17,369 nucleotides of DNA from Nitrospinota bacterium (GCA_030754595.1 JASLZZ010000082.1:1-17369); one strand, 5' to 3'; numbered from the stretch's first letter, positions 7,739-17,214 are shown. The notes: generated from the sequence alone by a model not told the origin. Numbers and translations: made by a program.

Positions 7739-8368
7739 ATGCTCTATGAAGTGCGGGCCTATACGTTCACGCAGGGTAGTCTTGACGAGGCGATCAAGGG
7801 TTTCAGGCGCACTGTCGAGGAGCGGGTGAAGCTCTCCCGATTGATATGTTTTTTCCGTTCGGCCATCGGCGATCTGGATCGCATGTTTCATATCTGGGAG
7901 TACGAAAATTCCGCTCACCGCGAGAGCGCGCGCGATGAGGCGCAGAAAGCTTCATGGTGGCCGCCCCTGAAGGCCGAGAAGATTTTGTACCAGCAGACCC
8001 GGTTGATGGCGGCCGCTTCTTTTCGACTGGAGCCCCGCACCGGCGCCATGGGCGGTTTCTATGAGATAAGGAGCGACACCTTTCAGGCCGGTACGATGGA
8101 AAAACTCGGCGCCGCCTGGGCCGAGCATCTTCCCGAAAGAGAAAAACTCTCGCCCCTCGCCGCCGCCTTCGCGAACCCGGCGAGTGAATTCGCCTCGGGC
8201 ATCCTGAACGAGTTCCTGCACATCTGGCCCTACCGCGACCTCAACCATTGGGCCGAGGTGGACGAGGCCGCCGGCAAGCTCACCGGCTGGCGGGATTGCT
8301 CGAATCCTTATCTCAGGTCGCGCAAATCCGAAATCTGGCGCCCCGTGGATTTCTCGCCGATGTGCTGA
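7739..8368 (+). CDS. NIPSNAP family protein (two domains)
   Basis: Duplicated YEVRAYT/YEIRSDT and HIWEY/HIWPY motifs, ending in FSP. Start is ATG 7739 after a GGAGGAGG RBS; the ORF track's TTG 7628 is too far upstream. Confidence 0.88.
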   Translation: MLYEVRAYTFTQGSLDEAIKGFRRTVEERVKLSRLICFFRSAIGDLDRMFHIWEYENSAHRESARDEAQKASWWPPLKAEKILYQQTRLMAAASFRLEPRTGAMGGFYEIRSDTFQAGTMEKLGAAWAEHLPEREKLSPLAAAFANPASEFASGILNEFLHIWPYRDLNHWAEVDEAAGKLTGWRDCSNPYLRSRKSEIWRPVDFSPMC

Positions 8369-8454
8369 GTTCCATCCTTCACCAGGGTGCGCCGCCGCCC
8401 CTCCATGCGGCATAATCGCCGTACTGGACATCTGATCGCGAACCCGCCCGCGCG

Positions 8455-8546
8455 CGGGTGAGTCCTGCCGGACGGGTGAGTCCTGCCGCGCGGACAAGAA
8501 AGTCGGACTAGAAAGCCGAGCAAGAAAGCCGACCGGGCTAGAAAGG
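8455..8546 (+). repeat. Intergenic direct repeats: a 16-bp exact pair plus four ~13-bp C(A/T)AGAAAG units
   Basis: CGGGTGAGTCCTGCCG at 8455-8470 and 8473-8488; C(A/T)AGAAAG starting at 8495, 8508, 8521 and 8538. Confidence 0.85.
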
Positions 8547-8568
8547 AAGCCTCAAGAGAGGAAACCTC

Positions 8569-9429
8569 GTGGAAAAACTCACCGGACGCATATTCGCGGA
8601 GACGCGATACGACTGGGCGAACGTCGGGGCCGCCCTCACCGAGCGGGGGGTGGTCCTGCTCGATAGTCCGGTTCGCCCGACGGACTCTCTCGACTGGCAG
8701 GGCGAGGTCCGGGGGCTGAGCCCGCTGGGCATCCGCTACCTCATCGCGACCGACTATCACGGAGACCATACGACGGGCGCTTCTTTTATCGAGGACGAGG
8801 TGACCTTCATCTCCCCCCAGGTTGTCTTCGATGAGTTCTCGAAGGGCGACAACGCCTTTTCCAAGGAAATTTTCACCAAAACCCTCGAGGATCGCGGTCT
8901 CGCCGAGGAGGCCAGACAGATTACCGACGCCCCGGTTCCCCTGCCCGACGTCTGTTTCGAGGATTCGATGACGCTCCACCTCGAACCGCTGACTTTCGAG
9001 ATTCGCCGCCTGGGGGGGCACTCGCCAGCCACCTCGATGATCTTCATCCCCGAGGAGGGAGTCATATTCGCCAGCGATATCGTCATCAACGAGCCCTGTC
9101 CGGGGCTGAGGGACGCGAACGTCCAGGAATGGATCGATGCGCTTTCCTTCATAGAGGACCTTCCGGCCGACCGGGTGGTGCCGGGACACGGCCCCATCGG
9201 CGGAATGAAGGAGGTGGGCGAGTTGAAGGAGTACCTGACGACCGTCCTGGGGAAGATGAAGGCCCTCGCCGCCGAGGGCCGGGAGAAGGGCGAAGCCGTC
9301 TCGGACCCGTTTTTCGACCAGTTCTTCTGGGCCGACACCTCGCGGGGGGAATACTGGATTCAGCAGCGAAAAGACACTTTCCAGGGCGGCCTCGGCCGCG
9401 TTTTTGATGAGGCGAAGGGCGCCCGGTAG
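8569..9429 (+). CDS. Metallo-beta-lactamase-fold hydrolase (cyclase-like)
   Basis: VVLLDSP, TDYHGDH (a variant of HxHxDH), GGHS, FASD and VVPGHG motifs; GTG start with a GAGAGG RBS. Confidence 0.88.
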   Translation: MEKLTGRIFAETRYDWANVGAALTERGVVLLDSPVRPTDSLDWQGEVRGLSPLGIRYLIATDYHGDHTTGASFIEDEVTFISPQVVFDEFSKGDNAFSKEIFTKTLEDRGLAEEARQITDAPVPLPDVCFEDSMTLHLEPLTFEIRRLGGHSPATSMIFIPEEGVIFASDIVINEPCPGLRDANVQEWIDALSFIEDLPADRVVPGHGPIGGMKEVGELKEYLTTVLGKMKALAAEGREKGEAVSDPFFDQFFWADTSRGEYWIQQRKDTFQGGLGRVFDEAKGAR

Positions 9430-9480
9430 GCGGCGCGAAATCATCATTAATTTTTCTTGATGACCGAGTAGGAGGCTGCG

Positions 9481-9900
9481 ATGCAGGTCGAGGAAAAAAA
9501 ACTGGGCCGTATTTTTCAGATGAAACTCGAGGAGGGGGATGATTTTTACGGCGTGGTCGATGCGTTCGCGAAGGAGAAGAATATCCGCTCGGCCTCGGTG
9601 TTTCTTTTCGGGGCCCTTCAGAAGACCGAAATACTCACCGGGTTCAAGGATATGGAGGGGTTCAACGTGGACCGCCGCCATTTCGATGACTGGCGCGAGT
9701 TGGTCGCGCTGGGGAACATCACCTGGCCCGACAATCCCCCTCCGGCGCTGGGCGATGTCACCTGGGACGAGCCCCAGCCCTACGTCCATCTTCACATGGC
9801 GATCAGCGGCGGGCCGGGCAAGACCGAGGATGTCCTCGTCGGCCACCTCTCGGGCGGCGATGTGAAGGGCATGTTCCTCGACATCTACGAGCTGGTGTGA
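9481..9900 (+). CDS. PPC/DUF296 domain protein
   Basis: KLEEGDD...FAKEKNIRSASV...GAL, ELVALGNI and YVHLHMAIS...VGHL (the three-His site); AGGAGG RBS. Confidence 0.85.
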   Translation: MQVEEKKLGRIFQMKLEEGDDFYGVVDAFAKEKNIRSASVFLFGALQKTEILTGFKDMEGFNVDRRHFDDWRELVALGNITWPDNPPPALGDVTWDEPQPYVHLHMAISGGPGKTEDVLVGHLSGGDVKGMFLDIYELV

Positions 9901-10952
9901 TGGCGGCCCGGAGAATCGCCAAAAGCTGCACTTTTCTCACCGGCGGCGACGTCGCGCCCGACCGCAAGGGCGGGCGGGGCCTGCTCGGCAAGACGGCTTC
10001 CCTGTTCCGGAAGGCGGACTACGCCTTCCTTAACCTCGAGCACAATCTCTCGACGAGCGGCCGGCTCATGAAGGGAAAGCCCACCCATCATCGGGGAGGA
10101 CCCGAGTTGATCGAGGGGTTTTTAGAGGCCGGCTTCGACGCGCTCACCATCGCCAACAACCATATGCTCGACTTCGGAGAGGAGGCGTTTTTCGATACGC
10201 TTTTACTGCTCGAAGCAAAAAAAATCCCCTTCACGGGCGGGGGCAGGAATCTCCGGGAGGCGAAAGAGCCGGTCGTGCTCGTCAGAAACGGCCTCAAAAT
10301 AGGCCTTTTGGCCTACTCAACGACGCTGCCCCAGGGCGCCGCCGCCGGAGCGAAAGAACCGGGGGTGAACCCGATGCGGGTCGATACCTCCTACACCCCG
10401 AGACGAAACCCCATCGAATATCCGGGCTCCGAGATGCTGGTGACGACGAAAACGGCCCCCGCCGACCTGGCCCGGATGAAGCGCGATATCGCGGCGCTCA
10501 AGAAAAAAACAGACGTGGTTCTGGTCGGCAACCACTGGGGGGCGAGCATGTCCCACGCCGTCCAGGACTATCAGCGCGAAATCGGCCGGGCGGCCATCGA
10601 CGCCGGGGCCTCGGGCGTCTTCGGCGGGCACCAGCACGTCCTCCAAGGCGTCGAATTTTACAAGGGCTGTCCCATCGTCCACTGCACCGGAAATTTGATC
10701 TTCGATATCGTCGAGCCGTTTTTCACCGACGCGACGCACCAGACGTTCCTGTTCGGCGGGAATTTGTCGAAAAAAGGAATCGCCGACCCCTACATCATCC
10801 CCTGCCGCTGCGGTATCGGAAACGCACCGGCGATACTCTCCCCCCGCGCGGGGGCCGGGAAGGAAATCGTCCGCTTCCTGGGCGCGCTGTCGGAGCCCTT
10901 CGGCACCGGGCTGAGGGTGCGGGGGAATAGGGTGGTGCTTGTTCCGGGGTAG
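9897..10952 (+). CDS. CapA/PgsA-family (PGA_cap) metallophosphoesterase
   Basis: GGDV, NLE, ANNHMLDFG, HWG, GHQHVLQG and GNLIFD motifs. Start overlaps the DUF296 stop (GTG 9897 or ATG 9900). No signal peptide or membrane anchor is visible. Confidence 0.88.
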   Translation: MMAARRIAKSCTFLTGGDVAPDRKGGRGLLGKTASLFRKADYAFLNLEHNLSTSGRLMKGKPTHHRGGPELIEGFLEAGFDALTIANNHMLDFGEEAFFDTLLLLEAKKIPFTGGGRNLREAKEPVVLVRNGLKIGLLAYSTTLPQGAAAGAKEPGVNPMRVDTSYTPRRNPIEYPGSEMLVTTKTAPADLARMKRDIAALKKKTDVVLVGNHWGASMSHAVQDYQREIGRAAIDAGASGVFGGHQHVLQGVEFYKGCPIVHCTGNLIFDIVEPFFTDATHQTFLFGGNLSKKGIADPYIIPCRCGIGNAPAILSPRAGAGKEIVRFLGALSEPFGTGLRVRGNRVVLVPG

Positions 10953-10973
10953 GGGGTAGTTTTCCCAGGAATT

Positions 10974-12145
10974 TTACAGAAACGGCATCGATCGGATGCG
11001 CATGACCTGGTTCGTCGACTCGGAGTGAAGAAACGCGGCCGTGTCGCGGAGGTATTTCTCCATCGGCGCCTCGGTCATGTAGCCCATCCCGCCCCAGACC
11101 TCGAGCGCCCGGGTGGCGACCCGGAAGCAGGTCTCGCCCATGAAGGCCTTGGTCATGAACGCCATCTTGGGGTCGTATCGCTCGGCCTCCTCGGCGGTCC
11201 ATGCGGCGTAGTGCAGGAGCCTTCGCGCCGCCTCCAGATCCGCGAAGCAATCCGCGAGGATGAAGCCGACCGCCTGGTGCTCGATGATGGGGCGCCCGCC
11301 CTGGACGCGGTTCCTGGCGTACTCGAGCGCGTCCTCGTAGGCCGCCCGCCCGACGCCCAGGCAGGGGGCGGCCGCCTCGATGTTCGATCCCCGCACCTTC
11401 CTTCGCGCCGCCGCCGCCCCGTTCACCTCGGTCAGCCGGTCCGGGTCGGACACCCGGAGATCGTCGAAAATAAGCTCGCGGTTGGGCCCGAGACGCATCC
11501 CCATCTTGTCGTGATAGCGGCCGAAGGAGAACCCTTCCATCTCGGGGGTGAGGAGAAAGTAGGTGCACCCCTCGGCGACGCCCGCCGCGGGGTCGGTCCT
11601 CGTGTTGACCATGTAGAGTTTCGAGAGCCCGGCGTTGAAGATGAAATGCTTCATGCCGTTGATGAGCCAGCCATCGCCGTCGCGGACGGAGCTCGTCCGC
11701 ATCCCGGCGGCGGGGTCGTTGTAGGGAATCATGTTGTCCGACTCCGAGTCGGGTTCGGTTCCGGCGATGCTGAAGTGATAATGATGGTCGGAGGCGAAGG
11801 CGGGGAGGTAGCGGGCCTTTTGCTCCTCGTTCATCATCGTCTCGAATACCCGGGACATCTTCCAGTCCTGCTCGAGGATGACGCTCGTGCCCAGGTCGCC
11901 CCAGCCGAGTTCCTCGCCCACGAGGCAGAGCGTCATCATGTCGGCTCCGCCCCCGCCCCATTCTTCGGAGAGGCCCAGCGTCCTCAGCCCCACCCGGCTG
12001 GCCTTTTCGAGCACCTCCACCGGGTGGCGGTCCTTGGGGTCGGGCCGACTGTCCATCTCGGCGGCCATCGGGCGAATCTCCCGCTCGGCGAACTCGTGCG
12101 CCATCCGCTGAAGGGCGATCTGCTCGTCGGTCAGGGAAAATCCAT
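10974..12145 (-). CDS. Acyl-CoA dehydrogenase family protein (apparent 1-nt frameshift just after the natural start)
   Basis: FSLTDEQ, TEPDSESD, WLINGMKHFI, DKMGMR, RVQGGRPIIEHQAV, WGGMGYMTEAPMEKYLRD and HSESTNQ (catalytic Glu position retained). The RBS-backed ATG at 12145 is 1 nt out of frame with the body. Confidence 0.88.
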
Positions 12146-12162
12146 GGGGTTTCCTTTCGCTT

Positions 12163-12906
12163 TTAGGTGGACATGCCGCCGTCGATCCGGAGGACGATTC
12201 CGGTGACGTAGGCGGCCTCATCCGAGGCGAGAAAGACGAAACCCCCCGCCATTTCCTCGGCCGTACCCCAGCGCCCGAGCGGGATGCGCTCTAGGTATTT
12301 CGCCTGAAAGCGCTCGTCGGTCCGGATGGTGTCGGTCATCGGCGTGATCGCCGCCGGAGAGATGCAGTTGACGGTGATGCCGTAGCGGCCCAGCTCGCGC
12401 GAGGCGCTCTTGGTGACGCCGACGATTCCCATCTTGGCTGAGGAGTAGTTGATCTGGCCGATGGTGCCGCGCAGCCCCGCGCCCGAGGTGACGTTGATGA
12501 TGCGCCCGCTCTTTCGCGGGATCATCCGTTTGGCGGCGGCCTGGGTGCCCGCCCAGGTGCCCTTCAGGTGAACGGCGATAACCGCGTCGAAATATTCTTC
12601 GGTCATCTTGTGGAGCATGGCGGCGCGGACGATGCCCGCGTTGTTCACCATGATGTCGATGGGACCGAACTCGGATTCGCACCGGTCCATCATGCCCTGG
12701 ACCTCGGCCACCTGGCTCACGTCCGCGCGGTGAAAAACGGCCTCGCCGCCCGAGTCCGTGACCAGTTTGGTGGTTTCCTCGCCGCCCTCCTCGTTCAGGT
12801 CCACGGCGACGACGCGGGCGCCCTCGGCCGCGAAGGCCTGGACGACTGCCCGGCCGATTCCCTGAGCGGCGCCGGTGACGACCGCTGTTTTTTCCTTGAG
12901 ACGCAT
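12163..12906 (-). CDS. Short-chain dehydrogenase/reductase, FabG-like
   Basis: TGAAQGIG, NNAG and YSSAK motifs and IPLGRWG. Asp after beta-2 (VDLN) suggests an NAD(H) preference. Start ATG 12906 follows an AAGGAG RBS. Confidence 0.93.
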   Translation of the reverse strand: MRLKEKTAVVTGAAQGIGRAVVQAFAAEGARVVAVDLNEEGGEETTKLVTDSGGEAVFHRADVSQVAEVQGMMDRCESEFGPIDIMVNNAGIVRAAMLHKMTEEYFDAVIAVHLKGTWAGTQAAAKRMIPRKSGRIINVTSGAGLRGTIGQINYSSAKMGIVGVTKSASRELGRYGITVNCISPAAITPMTDTIRTDERFQAKYLERIPLGRWGTAEEMAGGFVFLASDEAAYVTGIVLRIDGGMST

Positions 12907-13165
12907 GAAAAACTCCTTTCCTGCCTGTATGAGTCCGGGCCAGCTTGGTGAAAGAAAGCCCGATGAAAGAAAGATGCCGCCGCCCGAGGGCACGGGCGAT
13001 TATACGCGAGCGCCCCGAAATTTCCTCCCGCTGGGCGCGGGGGCCTGCCGCCGAGCGCCAAGCCACAATTAATGGTATTTTAGGGCCGAATACAGGGTCA
13101 TTTGTTTCTTTTGGCATTTTCTCAGGCGCGGGGGTGTACCCCTCGCCCAACCGGGGGAGTTCAAG

Positions 13166-13495
13166 ATGGGATTTGTCGATCTGAATGCGATGGAATTCGA
13201 GGTTAAGGAGGGTACGAACCGGAAGGTGCTCCAGGGGAGTAATATGACGATGCAGTTCTTCGACCGGGAGCTGAACGTGGTTCAGGAACACAGCCACCCG
13301 CAAGAGCAGGTCGTCTATCTCTTGGAGGGCCGGCTCAAGGTCACCCTCGAGGGCGAGGGGACGCGGGAGGTCGAGGCGGGCAACGCCGTTCAAATTCCTG
13401 GCGGGCTTCCCCACCGTATCGAAACCCTCACCCAGGTCAAGGTCGTTTCGGTCTATAGCCCGGCCCGCGATCTGAGCGTGCCGTCCCAGCCATGA
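13166..13495 (+). CDS. Cupin domain protein
   Basis: HSHPQEQVVYLLEG and IPGGLPH cupin motifs; GGGGAG RBS. Confidence 0.9.
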   Translation: MGFVDLNAMEFEVKEGTNRKVLQGSNMTMQFFDRELNVVQEHSHPQEQVVYLLEGRLKVTLEGEGTREVEAGNAVQIPGGLPHRIETLTQVKVVSVYSPARDLSVPSQP

Positions 13496-13550
13496 CGGAT
13501 GGCGCGGCCATGACGTTGGTACAGCCGTTGCGGCCGGGGGCGGATAGAAA

Positions 13551-14552
13551 ATGACCGGAGAAAAGGTGCGCCTGGCCTCGGTGGGCCTCGGTAAATGGGC
13601 CAGGACCCTCGCCGCAGCCGCCGCCCGCAGCGGGGCGGTGGAAATCGTCCGCTGTTTCGACCCGGTGGAGGAGGCCCGCGCCACCTTCGCCGAGGAGATT
13701 GGCGCCCGACTGGCCGCGAGCTATGAGGAATTGTTGAAAGATAGCGAGGTCGAGGGCGTAATCGTCGCGACCCCGCACTCTACCCACGCGGATGTCGCCT
13801 GCGAGGCGGCCTCGGCGGGCAAGCACCTGTTCGTCGAAAAGCCGTTCGCGCTGACGGCGGCGGAGGCGAGGCGCATCATCGAGGCGGCCGAGCGGGCGGG
13901 GCGCACTCTTCAGGTGGGCCACAAGCGCAGATGGTTCGGGGCCAACCGGCGAATTTTAGGGATGATCGAGGCCGGCGAGCTGGGGATACTTCATCAGCTC
14001 GAGGCCAACTACTCGCGGCCTATCTTTCAGGCCCCGAGGGCGGGCTGGCGGGGCGACCCCGCCGAATCTCCCTTGGGCGGGATGACCGGCCTGGGCATCC
14101 ACATGGTCGATTTGCTCTCGGCCTTCGCCGAGGGGCGGATCAAGCGCCTCGCCGCGTTCAGCAAGAAACTTTTCGGAAAAACGAACCTCGACGACGTGAC
14201 GAGCATCGCCCTCGAATTCGAGAGCGGACCGCTCGGCTATGTCGGGACCTCGGCCGTCGTCCCCATGTTCGTCACCGCCTCCGCCCTCGGAACCGAGGCC
14301 GGGGCCTGGAGCGAAGGGGACGGCTCAAGGCTTTTCGTTCAGAAAACGGGTGAGACGGTCAGGAGGGAAATCCCCGTGGACGCGGGCGACGGGGTGGCGG
14401 CGGAGCTGGCCCACTTCGCCCGGTGCATCCGCACTGGCGAGAGCCCCGAGGCGGGCGGGGCCGAGGGGCTCGAGATCGCCGCCGTCCTCGAAGCCATGGC
14501 CGAGAGCGTCAAGACCGCCCGCGCGGTCGAAATGAAGGATTTCAGGGGGTAG
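13551..14552 (+). CDS. Gfo/Idh/MocA family oxidoreductase
   Basis: VGLGKWA Rossmann motif, VATPHSTH, GKHLFVEKP and GIHMVD. Confidence 0.93.
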   Translation: MTGEKVRLASVGLGKWARTLAAAAARSGAVEIVRCFDPVEEARATFAEEIGARLAASYEELLKDSEVEGVIVATPHSTHADVACEAASAGKHLFVEKPFALTAAEARRIIEAAERAGRTLQVGHKRRWFGANRRILGMIEAGELGILHQLEANYSRPIFQAPRAGWRGDPAESPLGGMTGLGIHMVDLLSAFAEGRIKRLAAFSKKLFGKTNLDDVTSIALEFESGPLGYVGTSAVVPMFVTASALGTEAGAWSEGDGSRLFVQKTGETVRREIPVDAGDGVAAELAHFARCIRTGESPEAGGAEGLEIAAVLEAMAESVKTARAVEMKDFRG

Positions 14553-14578
14553 CCAGTTAAAAGCAAGGGGTTTCAAGG

Positions 14579-14606
14579 GGGAAAGGCGTAGGCTGCTCGC
14601 CTTCCC
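14579..14606. terminator. Hairpin between convergent genes, possible terminator
   Basis: GGGAAAGGCG (14579-14588) pairs with CGCCTTCCC (14598-14606) with one bulge. There is no clean U-tract directly adjacent. Confidence 0.35.
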
Positions 14607-14607
14607 G

Positions 14608-17214
14608 CTATTTCATCGCCTTGCTCATCGCCGAAATCACGCGGTCAAGGATGGCGCCGTCCTTGTAGGGGAGGCGTTTCTTCATGTCATGAGGCGTGAC
14701 GGCCGGGCTGATTCGCCCGACCTCTGCCATCTCCCGCCGGGCTTCCTCCATCCGGTCGAGCTCGGTGTACATGAAGGCCAGGTAGGCGTGGGCGGGCATG
14801 AAATCCGGGTTGATGGCGATCAGCCTTTTAAAGCTGTCGATGCTTTTTTCGAAGTCTCCGGTCATCGCCTGGGCGTGGCCCAGACCCCACAAGTAGGTGG
14901 GGGGATAGCGCGGGTTCAGGCGCATCGCCCGCCGGACCAGGCCGATGGTTTCCTTCGGTTTTCCCGCCCAGGTCAGGATCACCCCCAGGCCCGCATAGCC
15001 GTCGGCGTCGTTGGGGTCGAGGGCGATGACGCGCCGCGCCTCGGCGATGGCGGCGCCGTGTTTTTTTCTCCATAGGTTGGCGTGGGCCAACACCTTCCGG
15101 GGCTCTGGCAGCCTTTCGTCCAGGCTCCTTCCCCGGAGCGCCAACTCGGTGGCCCGTTCGAGCACCTTCGGGTCGCGGCTCCAGCCGAACATCCAGCGGT
15201 GCAGATATACCTCCCCCAGCCCCGCGTAGGCCACCGCGAATTCCGGGTCAAGCTCGATGGCTTTTTCGAACATCCGCCGGGCCTCATCGTTCGACTCTTC
15301 CGTAAAGAGGTGAACTTTTTCCCGCCCGCGCAGGACATAGTCGTAGGCCTCGGGATTGCCGGTGCGCTGGCGCTCCAGGCGCTCCCGCTCCCCCTGGGTC
15401 AGCTTCACCTTGAGGGCTGCCACTATTTTTTGCATCACCTCGTTCTGCATCCCGAAAATATCTTTCAGCTCCCTGTCGTAGCGCTCGGCCCAAAGGTGGT
15501 CCCCCGATTTCGCGTCGATGAGCTGGGCGTTGATGCGCACCTTGCCGCCCGCGCGGCGCACGCTGCCCTCGAGCACGTAGCGCACCCCCAGCTCCTCGGC
15601 CACCCGCTTCACCTTCACGGCCTTGCCCTTGTAGGTGAACGTCGAGTTCCGGGCGATCACGAAAAGGCCCGAAACCTTCGAGAGGTCGGTGTTCAGGTCC
15701 TCGGTCATGCCGTCCGCGAAATACTCCTGTTCGGGGTCGTTGCTCAGGTTCGCGAAAGGCAGCACCGCGATCGAAGGTTTCGTGGGGAGCGAAAGCGGCG
15801 GGTTCTCCGGCAGGCCCGCCTTGCGGAGAGCGTCAACGAATCGGTCTGTATCCGATTGATTCTTGAAGGGTAATATCCCTGAAACGCGCTCGAGAGAGAA
15901 CTTGGGGTCTAACCTGAGGATTTCCGCAACCGCAGCACGGGCCTCCTCCTCGCGGCCCGCCAAGCTATAGGTGATGGCGAGGCCCAGGTGGGGAAACAGA
16001 CGGTTATGCGCGCGGCGGAGCGCTTTCTTGAGTGCCGCGATCGCCTCTTCGTACCGTCCCGTACTGGCATAGGCGGCGCCCAGGATTTGCAGGTGAAAGG
16101 ACGAGGCGACAGGGTTGAGACGGATCGCCTTTTTAATCGATGCGATGGTTTTCTCCGGCCTGCCCGCAAAGAACTGAACCAACCCCCTGAGATAATAGCC
16201 GCGATCCGAATTGGGATTGAGGGCGATGGCCCTCTCTTGCTCGGTGATGGCATTCTTGTACTGCCTTTTCAGGAAATAGACGTACCCCAATAAGCTGCGG
16301 GCCATGGGGATGGAGTCATCCAGGGCGAGGGCATTTTGTGCAAGTTCTTCGGCCCGTGCGATAGAGTGCTTGCGAGACTTGCCCCAGCCAAACCTCGCGT
16401 CCATCAGGTGCGTATAACCGATCCTCACATACGGCCATACGAACCCCGGGTCCAGGGCAATGGCTTGCTCCGCCATCCGCCGGGCCCGGACATTGTCATC
16501 CTTGGTGAGACGATAAAAATATTCATGGGCCTGCAAGGTTTTTAGAAAGGCCTTGAGGTTGCCGGTGCCTTTTCCAAGCAGCTGGGACTGTCCCACACCC
16601 GTGAGCTTCCCTCTCAGGGCCAAGATTATCTTCATCGTGATCTCATCCTGGAGGGCGAATATGTTTTTCATGTCCCGGTCGTAGCGCTGCGCCCAAAGGT
16701 GGTGCCCCGTGAGGGCGTCGATCAGCTGGGCCGTGATCCGAACCTTCTCGCCCGCCCGCTGCACGCTGCCCTCGAGGACGTAGCGCACCTCCATCTCCTC
16801 GGCCACCCGCTGCACCTTCACGGCCTTGCCCTTGTAGGTGAAGGTCGAGTTGCGGGCGATGACGAATATCCCGGGAACCTGCGATAGCGCGGTGATGATG
16901 TTCTCGCTGATCCCGTCTCCGAGATAATCTTGCTTGGGGTCGCCGCCCATGTTGGCGAAGGTGAGGACGGCGATGGAGGGCCTATCGGGCAGCGGGAATT
17001 TCATCTTCTTCACGGAAACGGGCTCGACATCCGGCAGCCTCGACTTGCGGAGAGAGGCGAGGGCGCGCTCGCGCTCGGCGAGATCCTTGAAGTCCAACGT
17101 CTTCACAAAACGCCTTGCCGAGAATCTGGGGTTCCGCTTGAGGACCTCCCGGGCCATGGCGCGGGCCTCCTCCATCCGGCCCGCCTCGGCGTAGGTTATC
17201 GCGAGCCAGATATT
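14608..17214 (-). pseudogene. 5'-truncated multi-module TolB-like/TPR protein of the type usually fused to adenylate/guanylate cyclase domains
   Basis: Two complete modules (PSIAVL.F.N...QEYFADG...VIARNSTFTYKGK...VRYVLEGSV followed by TPRs), 1203 nt apart, plus the tail of a third. Homology continues upstream of ATG 17175 (IWLAITYAEAGRMEEAR) to about 17214, where IS sequence begins and in-frame stops follow. Confidence 0.8.

Noticed and set aside
8455..8546. CRISPR array
   Set aside because: The repeats are 16 bp or shorter with 2-9 nt gaps, there are no spacer-length unique sequences, and no cas genes.
9897..10952. Poly-gamma-glutamate capsule locus
   Set aside because: Only a CapA-like domain is present, with no capB/capC in the window and no membrane anchor.
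12146..12221. N-terminal extension of the acyl-CoA dehydrogenase from ATG 12221, as in the ORF track
   Set aside because: It overlaps the SDR 3' end, lacks a clear RBS and is not ACAD-like; the RBS-backed ATG at 12145 fits the family N-terminus.
13111..13128. Sigma54 promoter (TTGGCA...) upstream of the cupin gene
   Set aside because: The -12 element reads AGGC rather than TTGC, so the match is too weak to call.
15460..16990. Diversity-generating retroelement template/variable repeat pair
   Set aside because: Both copies are coding and in frame, the differences are not adenine-specific, and no reverse transcriptase is present.
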